This document shows, piece after piece, positions 1 to 11,829 of a stretch of DNA of 64,000 bases. This DNA comes from Centroscyllium fabricii (taxonomy: Eukaryota). The notes below the pieces were generated by a model that did no database searches, had not been told where the DNA came from, and worked only from the letters and a program-made list of their open reading frames with translations. The stretch covers positions 9,486,001 to 9,550,000 of the forward strand of contig JBNRSN020000010.1 of NCBI GenBank assembly GCA_051313645.2. The letters are read 5' to 3'. The first letter of the stretch is position 1. The number at the start of each line of letters is the position of its first letter. Position numbers and translations under genes: made by a program.

Positions 1-351
1 AAATCTAAGTGGACAAAATGGGAGACTTACCTTCCGTTTCTTCCTCTGAGAAGCTGCTGTGCCCGCGCTGCTCCCCCGCCGAGTCTGTGAGTGCAGATCC
101 GCACTTCCCTGCTCTCACAAAGGTCCGACTCGGGATCTGTTTATTTAAATTAGCGATCTGGGGGCGTTTTTAATTTAAATTTGGGACCTTTGGGCTGGGC
201 ATACACTGCACACCTTGCGTGGCTGGACTGCCACGCAGCGCAGGAACGGGGAGGACATTGACGGTGAAACTTCTGCGCAATGTTGGTTCGTGCGATTAGG
301 AGTCCACAGGGTCCTAAAGCAAACACTAGCCAACACAGGAAAACAGGGCCC
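1..351. mobile_element. Right part of a non-autonomous PIF/Harbinger-like MITE (cut by window start)
   Basis: Colinear with 51056-51407 (gacttacctt..ctgagaagctgc..gagtctgtgagtgcag..aaggtccgactcgggatctgt..ggactgccacgcagcgcaggaacggggagga). Ends in cacaggaaaacagggccc, nearly identical to the right TIR at 39337-39354, and is followed by ATT. Confidence 0.75.
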
Positions 352-1757
352 ATTAACTCCAACTCACTCACCCGCATTTGCTAATATAAGCATGATTGGT
401 CGAATAGAGGGTGAGTAGATGATTAACCGCCCGCCCAATTCCTTTGTTATACAGTACTCAATCTCCATAGATAGTCATCCCTGTATACGACATTTCAACT
501 AGTCCCTCTTAAAATATGGCATTTTGAGAACGACCACATTCACGACCAATTATCCGGTTTGGCCAGATTGGAAGCCGGATGAAAGCTGCAGTCTCACTAT
601 TGATAAACAAAGTCTTAATTAGGTTACGCCCAAGAGCGCCCCTATTGTTAAGGATGCTCCAATCTTATTTTCAAAACTGCAAAATATTAACCCTGTGGCG
701 CCCAGGTCACACCGCTGCAGTTGAGAAATTGAAACAGTTTGTTATACAAACTATCTGTTTGATATCGCCCAATACGATAAAGCTATTCAATCTCGAGAGA
801 GCAGCCAGCGATCATATTCTGACTACAGTCCGAAATCAAGAACGACTGGACAGGTTACAAACGATTGCATATGCCTCACGGGTTTTTGCAGGGGGCAGAC
901 TATACTTATTTAGCATGTGAGTGCCACTTACTGGCGACGTTCTGTGCAACAGAAGATCTAACCAACATTACGGGATTACAGAGAATTAATTTGCATTCTG
1001 CACTCAACAAACCTCCTCATCAAACAAGACACTTATTTGATCTCACCCCAAAGCATCAGTAAATGGATGTTGGAACTATGACGAGTCTCATTGATATAAC
1101 ATCCAAACAGACTGCTCATTTGGCACTGATGCTTGCGTCGGATGGAAACCCTCACAACTGTCCACTACCTGTAATAGACGTTAAGGTCGATTGTCCCTCG
1201 GCCGTCATGCGGGCTTTGCGGCATGTGAGTGGTAAAAATCGCGAAATGTGGAGGTAGCGACCACCGCGTCTGGTTCCCCACACCTAACCATTTTAACCTA
1301 CTGGTGTCTGATCGACCCGAATCAGTCCCGCTTTCAAGAGGTGTAACTGATCTTCAGGGCCGTTAATCAGCACTAATTGGCCTTTATAATGCCATTTCAA
1401 TAGCCCCTTGCTAATTGATAACTTTCCCCATGTAAAACACGCCTGGTGGGAACCACGCCTGAAAAACGTGGCGTGAGCAATATTGGCTTTCTGGCTATCA
1501 GCTGCAGGTCAAGCCTAATATTTGCGATTTCATCAGGTCGCAGGATCGTACTGCTTCAGGCCTGCGGCAACATTCGCCATGCTTAAACTCTCCTCTGGAA
1601 GGCTGGAGCCTCACAGACTGCTCCAGTGGGAACTCGTGGGAAACCCGTCTCGCCACATTTACTCAGCGCCTGCTCGACTGAGGCATCTACAAGAAGCATA
1701 GGAGGCCAGTTTTTCCTTACCTTATTTGCATTAGAGGAGCTACAGCACTAGATACGG

Positions 1758-1842
1758 CAGCAGAAGAACCAGCAACAACAGCAGCAGCAACAACATCAGC
1801 TGCAGCAGCGACAGGCTCCTGCTCAACAACAGGCGGCAGCAC
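1758..1842 (+). repeat. Imperfect CAG/CAA trinucleotide tract
   Basis: cagcagaagaaccagcaacaacagcagcagcaacaacatcagctgcagcag, located upstream of the transposase remnant; probably encodes its Q-rich N-terminus. Confidence 0.75.
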
Positions 1843-1899
1843 AGGCCTGAAGGGGCCAGTGCATGGAAGCAGTGGATTCCACCTGAACAGAGGCTAGAG

Positions 1900-2930
1900 G
1901 CACAGGGTGGGCACCACAACATGACTGGGCAGCAGTTCCAAAGAAGGCTCCGAATTTCGTGACTGGTATTGAGTGTCATTTGCGCAAAGCTACAGCAAGT
2001 CTTGACGCCCAGAGTACCAGGTGGGCACTCCTTACAATTGGCCATGAAGGTCACCACCACACTCAACTTGTTTGCCTCAAGTTCATTACAGGGTTCAGAA
2101 GCAGACATCACAGCATTTTCCAAGTGGCTGCACGCCCTTGCATCACGCAGGTAATCAACGCCCTCGCACAGAATCACATCTATTTCACAAAGGATCGCAC
2201 AATTGTGAGCGTGCGAGCGGTTGGATTAGTTAATCTGGCAGACTTTCCAAGGTTTCAGGTTATACTTGAATGCACACATGTGTCCCGTAGGGCACCCCAT
2301 CAAAATCGCGATTTTTTTTGACAACCGCAAGTGCTTCCGGTCCCTTTATGTTCAGAGTGTGTGTGACCACAAGAGGCAGATTTTGCGTCTTTGTTCCTAA
2401 TACACTGGCAGTTTACAAGACTCCTTCGTGCTGCGCCAGTGTCCTCCGCCTCCGATATTAAAGCCACCAAACGAACTTCACTGATGACTACATGTGAAAG
2501 GAGAAATCCCCTGAGCGATTGAATAATTATGCCGTAGAGGAGGCAAACCAACGAAGCTGAGGAGCGCTACAACTCCAGCCACATTCCCAGCAGATCCATT
2601 ATCAAGCAAACCACTGGCTTTCTGAAGAGGCACTTCAGGTGCCTCGATAGAGCAGGTGGGGATCTACAGGACACAGCGGCCAGGGTCACAAAATTCGTCA
2701 TGGATCGCTGTGCAATTTATAGCATGGCACAGCATCCTGTCTTGCAGATCCCTCAGGACCAATTGGCGCTGCACATACGCTCCTCAGATTAGGAGGGGGG
2801 TGGAAACGAAAATCATGCAGAGGACATTCGACCAGTGGCAGCATAAAACAAAAACATTGCTGCCCGCGATGCAAGGACTGTGGTCATCCTGGTCATATTT
2901 ACTTATCCTACTACATCAATGTCCTTAGCC
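1900..2930 (+). pseudogene. Decayed PIF/Harbinger (HARBI1-like) DDE transposase
   Basis: Frameshifted segments LAMKVTTTLNLFASSSLQG, CITQVINALAQ..RAVGLVNLADFPRFQVILECTHVSRRAPHQN and RYNSSHIPSRSIIKQTTGFLKRHFRCLD match recalled Harbinger motifs (GFPRVQGAIDCTH; IEQTIGLLKxRFRCLD). The enclosing element probably spans roughly 1185-3150, but its ends are not resolved. Confidence 0.85.
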
Positions 2931-3659
2931 TCGCTGCTCCTTACATGAGCATTCGACAGTGGCCTAAACCTTTCGATTACTAGCTATTTGCCCAGCATCC
3001 TGACAACTGCATTGAATCCTAAGCCCTCAATATTAAATCCGCGTCTGGAAAATTACACACGCCAAAACGGCAAAATTTGCCATCCGAATGTTTATGTGCA
3101 ACAACCAACAGATGACATTTTCTCAATGCACGCAACATTTCACCCAATTTTCTACCCTTGTGACTATTGGTGCTTTACTTTCCTCTTATGCATGCTCCTA
3201 CGTAATGGCCAAAGTCGTGGCTGTTACCGAGAGAACGCTTGGCGAAGAGTCTCCACTTCCTTGAGGTTTGCCAACAACCCTCACTGCCACCAAATGGCTG
3301 CAGAGCACCTTGCTGCACCTCAGCGGTGCGAGGGGGAACCGTTTGTGAAATGGCAGTTCTACTCAGAAGGGCTTCCATGAAGTACTGTTTTCTCTGTTGA
3401 ATAGGTGCCCATCGCTACTCAAGAGATGTTATTCTATTCTGAAAACACTGCTTTTTTTCCATACCCTGGCGACTCAAATCCATCCTGGCTGTAGCCCATC
3501 ATTCCTACACTGCAGCCCTCCTCTCCTTTACCGCTGCCACCCTCTCCTTTATGTTAGCCAGCTATACCAAGGAGGGAGCAATTATGTTCACCTAGGCAGC
3601 CATCTTTACTTGTCCATGCGTAAATGCGCAACTGACTCCACAAAGGCTCGGCGCTTCCG

Positions 3660-4429
3660 CAAAATGCTACAGATGCTGGAAATCGGAAATTACAACAGAA
3701 AATGCTGTATAAAACACAGCAGGCCATGCCGCATCGCTGGAGAGAGTACTATAGAGTCGACGTTTCGAATTAAGACACTTTTGTCAAGAATAAAGGCAGG
3801 AGATGAAACAGCTGTGAAGGCCGGGACAACTGTGAGAGAACGAAAGGGAGGAGAAAACAAAAGAGAAGAGAAAACAAAAGAGAAAAGCCAGTAAGTGTTA
3901 TTCAAAATGAGAGGAAATAGTGGATGGTCAGGGGACCGAAGACAGCTATAGATTAGATGGGAAATGCACTGGCAGAATGGTAGGCGGCTGCCATGTAGGA
4001 GAGAGAGAGAGAGAGAGAGAAAAGAGTGAAGGGGGCAAAATAAAAAGTGTGGATACAAATATGTATAAAACAACGGGGGCCGAAGTTATGATCTTAAATT
4101 GTTGAACTCCATATTGAGTCAGGAGGGCTGTAAAGTAACTAATCGGAAGAAGAGGTGTCGTTCCATGAGTTTACGCTGAGCTGACGAGGAACAAATCAAT
4201 AGGTCAAGGACAATGAGATCAGCGTGGAAGTGAAGCGGAGAATTATAGTGACAGGTTCCCGAAGCCCACGCTCACCCCTACGGATTTAATGGTGGTGTTC
4301 TGCAAAGCGCACAGCCAATCTGGGTTCAGTCTCCATAACAGCAGCGAATACAGTATACTAGATTGCAAGAAGAAAAAGTAAAACGCTGTTTCACCTGGAA
4401 GAGGTGTTTGGGGATCTGAACAATGGGAA
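3660..4429 (-). mobile_element. Penelope-like element 3' part (GIY-YIG C-terminus and terminal repeat)
   Basis: The minus strand at about 4100-4170 reads ..LFRLVTLQPS*LNMEFNN, matching the recalled PLE ORF end HLIFRLGTLQPSGLNIEFNN. Typical terminal segment cagatgctggaaatc..cagaaaatgctg..gtcgacgtttcg at 3670-3770. Confidence 0.8.
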
Positions 4430-5584
4430 TGTCACAGGGTGCCTGTCCCTTTAAGATATCAAAACAGTTTGGTTGTGCTCCGCACCTGTTTTGAGGACTG
4501 GTTTCCCCTGTTATTCCATTATCTATCTATTATCTGAGTCACTTGCCTGTGTCTTCCTGTTCTCATTGCCTTCAGCTTATTGGCTAACACCAAATTATCT
4601 GTTTGCCGGTTTTGGTTCATAAGCTGGAGGTAGTGATGAGACAGGCGCGGGACATTTGAATTAGCTGGATTTCATTTACACATGCTACAATCCACTGGAA
4701 GAAGTGGTTACTGCTTCTGTGCTGCTGCAGTGGCTATGGGTTTGGGCTTTCCCTTGCCCGATTGAGGACGGATTCTCTTTGGAAGACTCGGCTAGAGTGA
4801 GACTAGCTGTGGCAGCTAGAGTGAGACTGGCTGTGGAGTAGTCTTCAGTGAATTACAATTTGTCATCAGTCTGGACCCTGTGTTCAGCCTCCTGCAGCTC
4901 AGGCTGGGCTGCTTCAGAGTTAATGGGGTTGGAGCTCATATCACTCAGCCTTGACATTACACTCTGCTATTCTGCAATTCAGGTTTGGACAATTCATATG
5001 TTTAGTAAGGGCGTTCCCCTGCTTGTGGAAAAGGTATTCTCTTCCTCTGAAGACTCAGCCGGAGTGAGTTTCGACCAGCAGGGCGGACTCGGAGGAGAGT
5101 TCAGAATCTACTACTTGGACATTTGATTCATTATCACCCGAACTCAGGTTTGGACATTGATGCCTGTTATACAGAAGCTGTTCCTAAATTCTCTTGCGGC
5201 AGTTGTATTGTGATGTCCTGCTCGCAGAGGAAAACTTGTTCTGTTCTCTGAAAGCAGTTCTATTGTGATGTCCTGCTCACAGAGGAAGACTTGTTTAAGA
5301 TGGACATTGGTGCCTGTTATACAGAAGTTTGGACATGTATTCCTCGGGTAAATGATGCGCTTCGCTGCGTAGCATTCCTCTACTCATTTCTTACAACTTT
5401 GGGAAGTTCTGTGCCAGTCTTCAGCTAAGACTTGTTTAAGATGTTTACTAGATTTGTGTATGTGAATGCTATTTATGTGGTTTTTGTTTTATATATATAT
5501 ATTAAAGGAGTTTTGCTTTTAAAGGACGTTTCAGTGTCTCTGCATTTGGGCCCCGCCCACCAATCTGTCCACCAATCCGTTACA
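4430..5584 (+). mobile_element. Solo LTR (1155 bp) inserted in the Penelope element
   Basis: Termini TGTCACAGG...CCGTTACA; exact 5-bp TSD GGGAA at 4425-4429 and 5585-5589; ATTAAA at 5501; no coding capacity; Penelope sequence resumes after it. Confidence 0.85.
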
Positions 5585-5925
5585 GGGAAGGGGAGAGGTG
5601 TAAGGGCACATGTGGCATCTCTTGTGCTTGAACAGGAAGGTGCCTGCCAAAGGGGAAGGGGTAGTGGGGGTGATGGAAGACTGGACTAGTATGTCTCGGA
5701 GGGAACCATTCCAACTTAATGCTGAAAGAGGAGGGTAGGATCTGGGATAAATTTGGAGTTGGCAGAAATGATGGAGGATGATCCGTTCGATCTGCAGGAT
5801 GGTGGGGTGAGTGAGAGGCAGGGTTGCGGGCAGTACAGCGGCGGATAGAATGGACGCGGTCGATGGGCGTGTCAACCACATTAGAGGGGAATGCTCGGTT
5901 GACGAAAAGCGAAGTCAAATTGGAA
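5585..5925 (-). mobile_element. Penelope-like element continuation (RT-EN linker)
   Basis: Minus-strand translations SLFVNRAFPSNVVD, LTHPTILQIERIILHHFCQLQ, GSLRDILVQSS and GTFLFKHKRCHMCPYT correspond to the PLE linker with its CxxC motif. Confidence 0.8.
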
Positions 5926-6262
5926 CCTTCCTTGTTCAGGTCCTAATCTGGTCCCCTCCCTCACATCTTTTTCCGGTACATTGATGGCAGTATCGGTGCG
6001 GCTTCCTGCTCTAACCCTGAATTCGATAACTTCATTCAGTTTGCCTCCAATTTCCACCACTCACTCACCTTCACATGGTCTATCTCTGACTTTTCTCTTC
6101 CCTTCCTCGACATCTCCGTCTCCATCTCTGGTGATAGGATATTGACCAACATTCTCTGCAAGCCTACTGACTGCCACAGCTATCTGGAAGACACTTCATC
6201 CCAGCCCGCCTCCTTTTAGGACTCTATTCCATTCTCCCAATTTTTTCCATCTCTGCCGCATC
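5926..6262 (+). mobile_element. Inverted Penelope RT fragment
   Basis: Plus strand reads FRYIDG (degenerate YIDD, about 5972), LPFLDISVSISG, KPTDCHSYL and IPFSQF, in the opposite orientation to the adjacent 3' part. Confidence 0.75.
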
Positions 6263-6299
6263 ATTATTCAACTATTTAGATTCGTGTTGGAAGCCCTAA

Positions 6300-8049
6300 A
6301 TTCGGGGAAACCCGACAATGCACCGTAGCTGCGGGCAATCGTCCCCTTCGAGTCCCATTCTGTTTTCCGATCACCCATGAAAGGAGCATTTGACATATAC
6401 ATGGATGTCGCCTCCTAACACTCTAGTGCGCACCTCATACCGGTTGTGCTCTAGTCCCACCCGAGAATACATTCAAGTTTAAAATTAACAAACACTCAAG
6501 CCAATATGCAGAGATTATGGTAATCCTCGTCGTTCAAGAAACATAGAGCTACCGGCAATCGTTTTGTCTGACAGTGACTGCACCATTAATGCTATCCTAT
6601 CTCTTCAACAGAAGAATTCCTACTCCTCATCAGACGGTAAAACCTCAACCCATGGGCCATGGCTACGTCTTCTATGCCAGGCCCTGAAGGCACGACAGAA
6701 TCTCTGTCACATTGGCAAGGTTAATGCCCATAAGTGAGACCAGTCCATTCGAACACTAGCGAATAATGCGACAGATGTTAATTCTAAAGAAGCATCGCTG
6801 GCAAGCGAATCCCTCCCTCTAGAACTTGAGGACGTTTTCCCAGTTGCTGCAGTTAGCTCTGCGCTCGATCTGTCTTCCATTCAGACAGAACACAGCCCCA
6901 TGCAAACGGTCACCAATTCCCATGAACATGTTAAGCCCTTACCAGCAAACACAACAGGGGTCTCCAAGACCCTCTTTACCACAAATGCCTCAGATAATTG
7001 ACCGATTGGTTCTATTCCCCCAAACCTGTCAGACGAGCCCTTGTTCCTATTTCACTTCTAACGTGTAGGAGGACATTACCAGCAGACGTCACTTTCGGAA
7101 TGTTGCCTGCACGGCCTGGTTACCTAATATGAAGTAAGCTGTAAATGTATGTATTTCTATTTGCATATCTTATTTGGTGCAGAACCCGCCCCCCCCCCCC
7201 CCCGCCGTACCAACCGAGCTCTCATTCGAAGACAGCCAAGCCCTGCTGGGCACTGGACTCATGCTTAAATTGCTTTTATTAGTCCCCTCCCCCCATCGCA
7301 GACAAGTTTATGTACGCCTTCATTGTTATAGGCCAATTCACTAAATGGATTGAGGCCTTCCCCTCCCGATCCATTTTTATGCTTACTGCGACAAAGTTGT
7401 TCTTGAGTGAGGTGTTCTGTATGTGGGGACTGCTACTTCAAGTTTATTGCGGTCTGGGCATCCACTTCACTGGTGAATTCCTTTCCAAATTGCTTGAAAT
7501 TATGGGAATTAAGCATAAGCTACATATAGCTCATCATCCACAATCGTCCAGGATATTAGAAAAATATAATTTTACAATAAATTCCATGCCAGGAAAAATG
7601 TGTACAGAACACCCCACTCAATGGGTCAACAGTAAGCATTTCACTGTCAGATTATTTTTCTGTTCATTTCATGTGACAATAACATTTACTTATTACTTAC
7701 TTACTTACATGTTACACATGTGCATAATGACAATTCGGTCCACACTACAAAAGGCCACGGGAATATCACCTTTCCAGGCAATAACTGAGAGGTTACTGAG
7801 GACTCCAGGCCATCAAACCTTGACTGGAACAACTCCTTCACGCAACAACCATGGAAACACTCGTGGTTGGAGTGCACATTAGAGCATATTAATGAATTTA
7901 AACGAGACCTGGCAAAACGTTTAGGGAAATCTAAAAGCCAAATCAAGAAGTATTTTAATCAAAGGTCTTGACCTTTAGAGTATCAGATAGGTGATGGATA
8001 CATGGCACGAAATTATGGGGAAACAAATGCCTTTGACCACAAGTTGAAA
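6300..8049 (+). pseudogene. Decayed retrovirus-like/LTR-retroelement pol (RNase H + integrase); resumes at about 11070-11175 after a CR1 insertion
   Basis: RNase H remnants LSDSDCT (about 6563), SSDGKT (about 6627), KVNAH (about 6717). ORF 7310-7882 gives the integrase core (QFTKWIEAFP, HFTG, HIAHHPQSSRILEKYNFTI). The GPY/F region YQIGD..FDHKLK is continued by PF*IVDTLNP after 11069. Confidence 0.8.
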
Positions 8050-8050
8050 G

Positions 8051-11000
8051 AAACTAATTTGGCAGGGGGAGGGGACCCAGATGGAAGGTATAATGGATAG
8101 GGGAACACAACCTAATAAAGGAAAGCAGACTAGACAGCAAAACAAGGTAGTTTTAGGACAGAGAATGAAAGGCATATACTTTAACGCAAGGAGTCTGACT
8201 AACAAAGTGGATGAGTTAAAGGTATTGGTTGACTCATGGGAATATGATATAGTAGCTATCACGGAGACGTGGCTGAAAGAGGGGCAAGAATGGCAGCTAA
8301 ACATTCCGGGGTATAGAATTTTCAGGCGGGACAGGGACGAGGGTAAAAGGGGAGGGGGGGTAGCGATACTGATTAAGGATTCAATCACAGCCATTAGGCG
8401 GGTCGACCTAATGGACGAATCCTCAAACGAGGCACTATGGGTGGAGGTAAAAAATAAAAAAGGGGGGGGGCACCTTACTGGGAGTATATTATAGACCACC
8501 AAACAGTAAAGGGGAGGTAGAGGATAAGATATGTGAACAAATTACGAAGATTAGTGAAAATAATAAAGTAACAATACTAGGGGACTTTAATTTCCCCAAT
8601 ATCAACTGGGAGAATCAAAGTGTGAGGGGCACGGATGGTTCAGCATTCTTACAATGCAGCCAAGATAATTTTTTGAAACAATATGTGGGGTCACCTACAA
8701 GGGGGGGGGGGCGGTACTAGACCTAATACTTGGGAACGAGGACGGGCAGATAGAGGAGGTAACAGTGGGGGAGCACTTCGGGGATAGCGACCACAATTCA
8801 GTTAGTTTCAAGATTGTAATGGAGAAAGATAAAAATGGACCAGGGGTAAAAATACTTAACTGGGGGAAGGCGGATTTCAATAAAATTAGGAACGATGTAA
8901 CCGCAGTAGATTGGGGCCATCTCCTCAGAGGAAGATCTGCATCAGAGCAGTGGGAGGCCTTCAGAGGGGAAGTCGGGAAGATACAGGAGGAACATGTTCC
9001 TGCAAAAATTAAGGGTGGGGGAGACAAACAAAGGGAACCTTGGATGTCTAGGGATATATGTAAACTAATGAAGAAAAAAAGGGGGGCTTTTAACGAATAT
9101 AAACGGCTAAAAACTGAGGAGGCACTAGGGGAGTATAAGAAATATAGGGGGGATTTAAAGAAGGAGATAAGAAAAGCCAAGAGAGGTCATGAGATTACAA
9201 TGGCCAGTAAAATCAAGGATAACCCTAAGGCATTTTATAGTTATATAAAAAACAAAAGGATCACGAGGGAAAGGGTGGGGCCCATAAAAGACGATAGCGG
9301 AAAGCTGTGTGTCGAGCCCGAGGAGGTGGGGGAGGTACTAAATGAATTCTTCTCTTCAGTATTCACAAGAGAGAGGGACGATACCGACATCGAAATCGGA
9401 CAGAGTGTAGGGGGGATAATTGAGGATATTACCATTACAAGGGAAGAAGTTCTAGAAATCTTGGGAGGCTTAAAGGTGGACAAATCACCAGGGCCGGACG
9501 CAATGTTCCCCAGGCTGCTGTTCGAGGCCAGGGAGGAGCTTGCGGGCCCCCTGTCTCAAATCTTCAGGACCTCTCTCGCGTCAGGGGATGTGCCTGAGGA
9601 CTGGAGAACGGCTAATGTAGTACCCCTGTTTAAAAAGGGTAGTAGGGACAAACCGGGCAACTACAGGCCAATCAGTCTTACATCTGTAGTGGGGAAAGTA
9701 ATGGAAAAAATTCTGAGGGATAAAATCAGTTCGCATTTGGACAACCAAGGTCTAATAAGAGACAGTCAGCATGGCTTCGTCAAAGGTAAGTCGTGCCTGA
9801 CCAATCTGTTGGAATTCTTCGAGGAAGTAACAAAGAGGGTGGATGAAGGGAGTACTGTGGACGTAGTATATATGGACTTTAGCAAAGCTTTTGATAAAGT
9901 CCCACATAGGAGACTAATAACAAAGGTTAGAGCGCACGGGATACAGGGTAACTTGGCACAGTGGATCGAAAACTGGCTGGGGGATAGGAGACAAAGGGTA
10001 ATGGTAGAGAGCTGCTTCTGTGACTGGAAACCAGTAACCAGTGGCGTCCCCCAAGGATCGGTTTTGGGACCCTTACTGTTTCTAGTATACATCAACGATT
10101 TGGATATGGGAGTAGGGGGTACAATCAGCAAATTCGCTGATGATACGAAAATCGGAAGGGTGGTAAACAACGATGAGGATAGTAAGGGGCTTCAGGAGGA
10201 TATAGATATAATGGTTAATTGGGCAGAAAAATGGCAAATGGAGTTCAACCCAGAGAAATGCGAGGTCATTCAATTCGGTAGACCAAATGGGGTAAGGGAA
10301 TATACCATGAACAACAAAACGTTAAATAGGACCGAGGAGCAGAGGGACCTGGGGGTACAGGTGCACAGCTCCCTGAAGGTTGCTGGACACGTTAACAAGG
10401 TGGTTAAGAAGGCATACGGAATCCTCGCCTTTATTAACCAGGGCATAGTATACAAAAGTAGGGAGGTAATGTTAAACCTGTATAACACACTGGTGAGACC
10501 TCAGCTGGAGTACTGTGTGCAGTTCTGGTCACCGCACTACAGGAAGGATGTGGCTGCCCTGGAGAGGGTGCAGAGAAGGTTTACCAGGATGATACCTGGT
10601 CTGGCGGACCTATGCTACGAGGAAAGGCTGGACAGGCTGGGGTTGTTTGCCTTGGAGAAAAGAAGGTGGAGGGGTGACATGATTGAGGTGTACAAGATCA
10701 TGAGGGGACACGATAGGGTAGACAAAGGGGCATTGTTTCCCCTGGTGGGAGAGTCAAGCACTAGGGGACATAGATTCAAGATCAGGGGGGGGAGGTTTAG
10801 GGGGGAGGTAAGGAGAAATTTCTTTACCCAGAGGGTGGTGGAAGACTGGAACTCCCTGCCTGTGAGGGTGGTGGAGGCAGGAACCATCACAACATTTAAA
10901 AAATACTTGGACCAGCACATGAAGGACCATAACATACAGGGTTATGGGCCAGGTGCGGGCAACTGGGGTTAGTACAGGGAGGAGTTTTCCTGGGCCGGTG

Positions 11001-11066
11001 CGGACTGGATGGGCCGAATGGCCCTTATCCGCACTGTAAAATTTCTATGATTCTATGATTCTATGA
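8051..11066 (+). mobile_element. Young CR1 LINE, 5'-truncated at the ORF1 stop
   Basis: Complete APE-RT ORF2, 3' UTR and (TTCTATGA)n tail at 11043-11066. GAAAC is duplicated at 8050-8054 and 11065-11069. Confidence 0.95.
8165..10972 (+). CDS. CR1 ORF2 (AP endonuclease + reverse transcriptase) with two homopolymer frameshifts
   Basis: FNARSL, VAITETW, GGGVAILIK, GVYYRPP, LGDFN, DSDH, PGNYRPISLTS, DFSKAFD, GVPQGSVLGP, KFADD. The only lesions are G-runs at 8462-8470 and 8701-8711; the 735-aa ORF 8765-10972 is open. Confidence 0.9.
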
Positions 11067-11829
11067 AACCTTCTAGATAGTGGATACATTGAATCCAGCC
11101 ATGGGTCTGGTTCAGTACACTTAAAGGAGGGTGATAAAGAGAAAAGTCACTAAATGGTGCCATGTCAATCAGGTACATAATGAAAATAATAAATGCTGCA
11201 CACGTTATTCCCCCGGGCGGACAACATGGCAGCACTCAAACGCATAGTGGGACTTTTGATGCTTGTTGGTATCGAACTGATTTCAAGCAATATCATCATC
11301 CAGAATGTAATAAAGATGCCAAATAACGATACGCAGTCATAAATTGGGGAATGGTTTCATGAGAGGGAAGCGATATGACTGTGCACTGTGATTATTGTGC
11401 AGACGGAAATACGACCGATGGGACTATTTATATATGGATCAGAAAGGGCGAAGTGATTAAAAAAGTGTACCTGTGTACTAAATACAATGTCCAAGTAACT
11501 CCAATGTTTCAGTTAGCAAAACAAAATATTGTAGAACTAGGATTTATTTTGCACGAAAATGTTTACATTACACCAACTATTATGGAGTTCCAAAATCTGG
11601 GACAGTGCTTGGATACACTGAATTAGGCCAGAATAGGTAAAATACACAGGGGATGTTAAGGTGCTATACTGTAGACCAAAGAGAGAGACCCAGGCAAGCA
11701 TAAATGCAACAGCTTGCGATCAAGAGAAGAACGGAGGAGATACTGTTACATAGGCAAAGTGATAAGCACAACATTACGAAATGCCAATTATTAACAATAG
11801 GACCATCAAATGGATTGATTGTCATCCGT

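Noticed and set aside
1740-2177. Minus-strand poly-Leu membrane-like ORF
   Set aside because: Antisense reading of the CAG/CAA tract.
7975-10935. Minus-strand ORFs over the CR1
   Set aside because: Antisense shadows of an intact ORF2.
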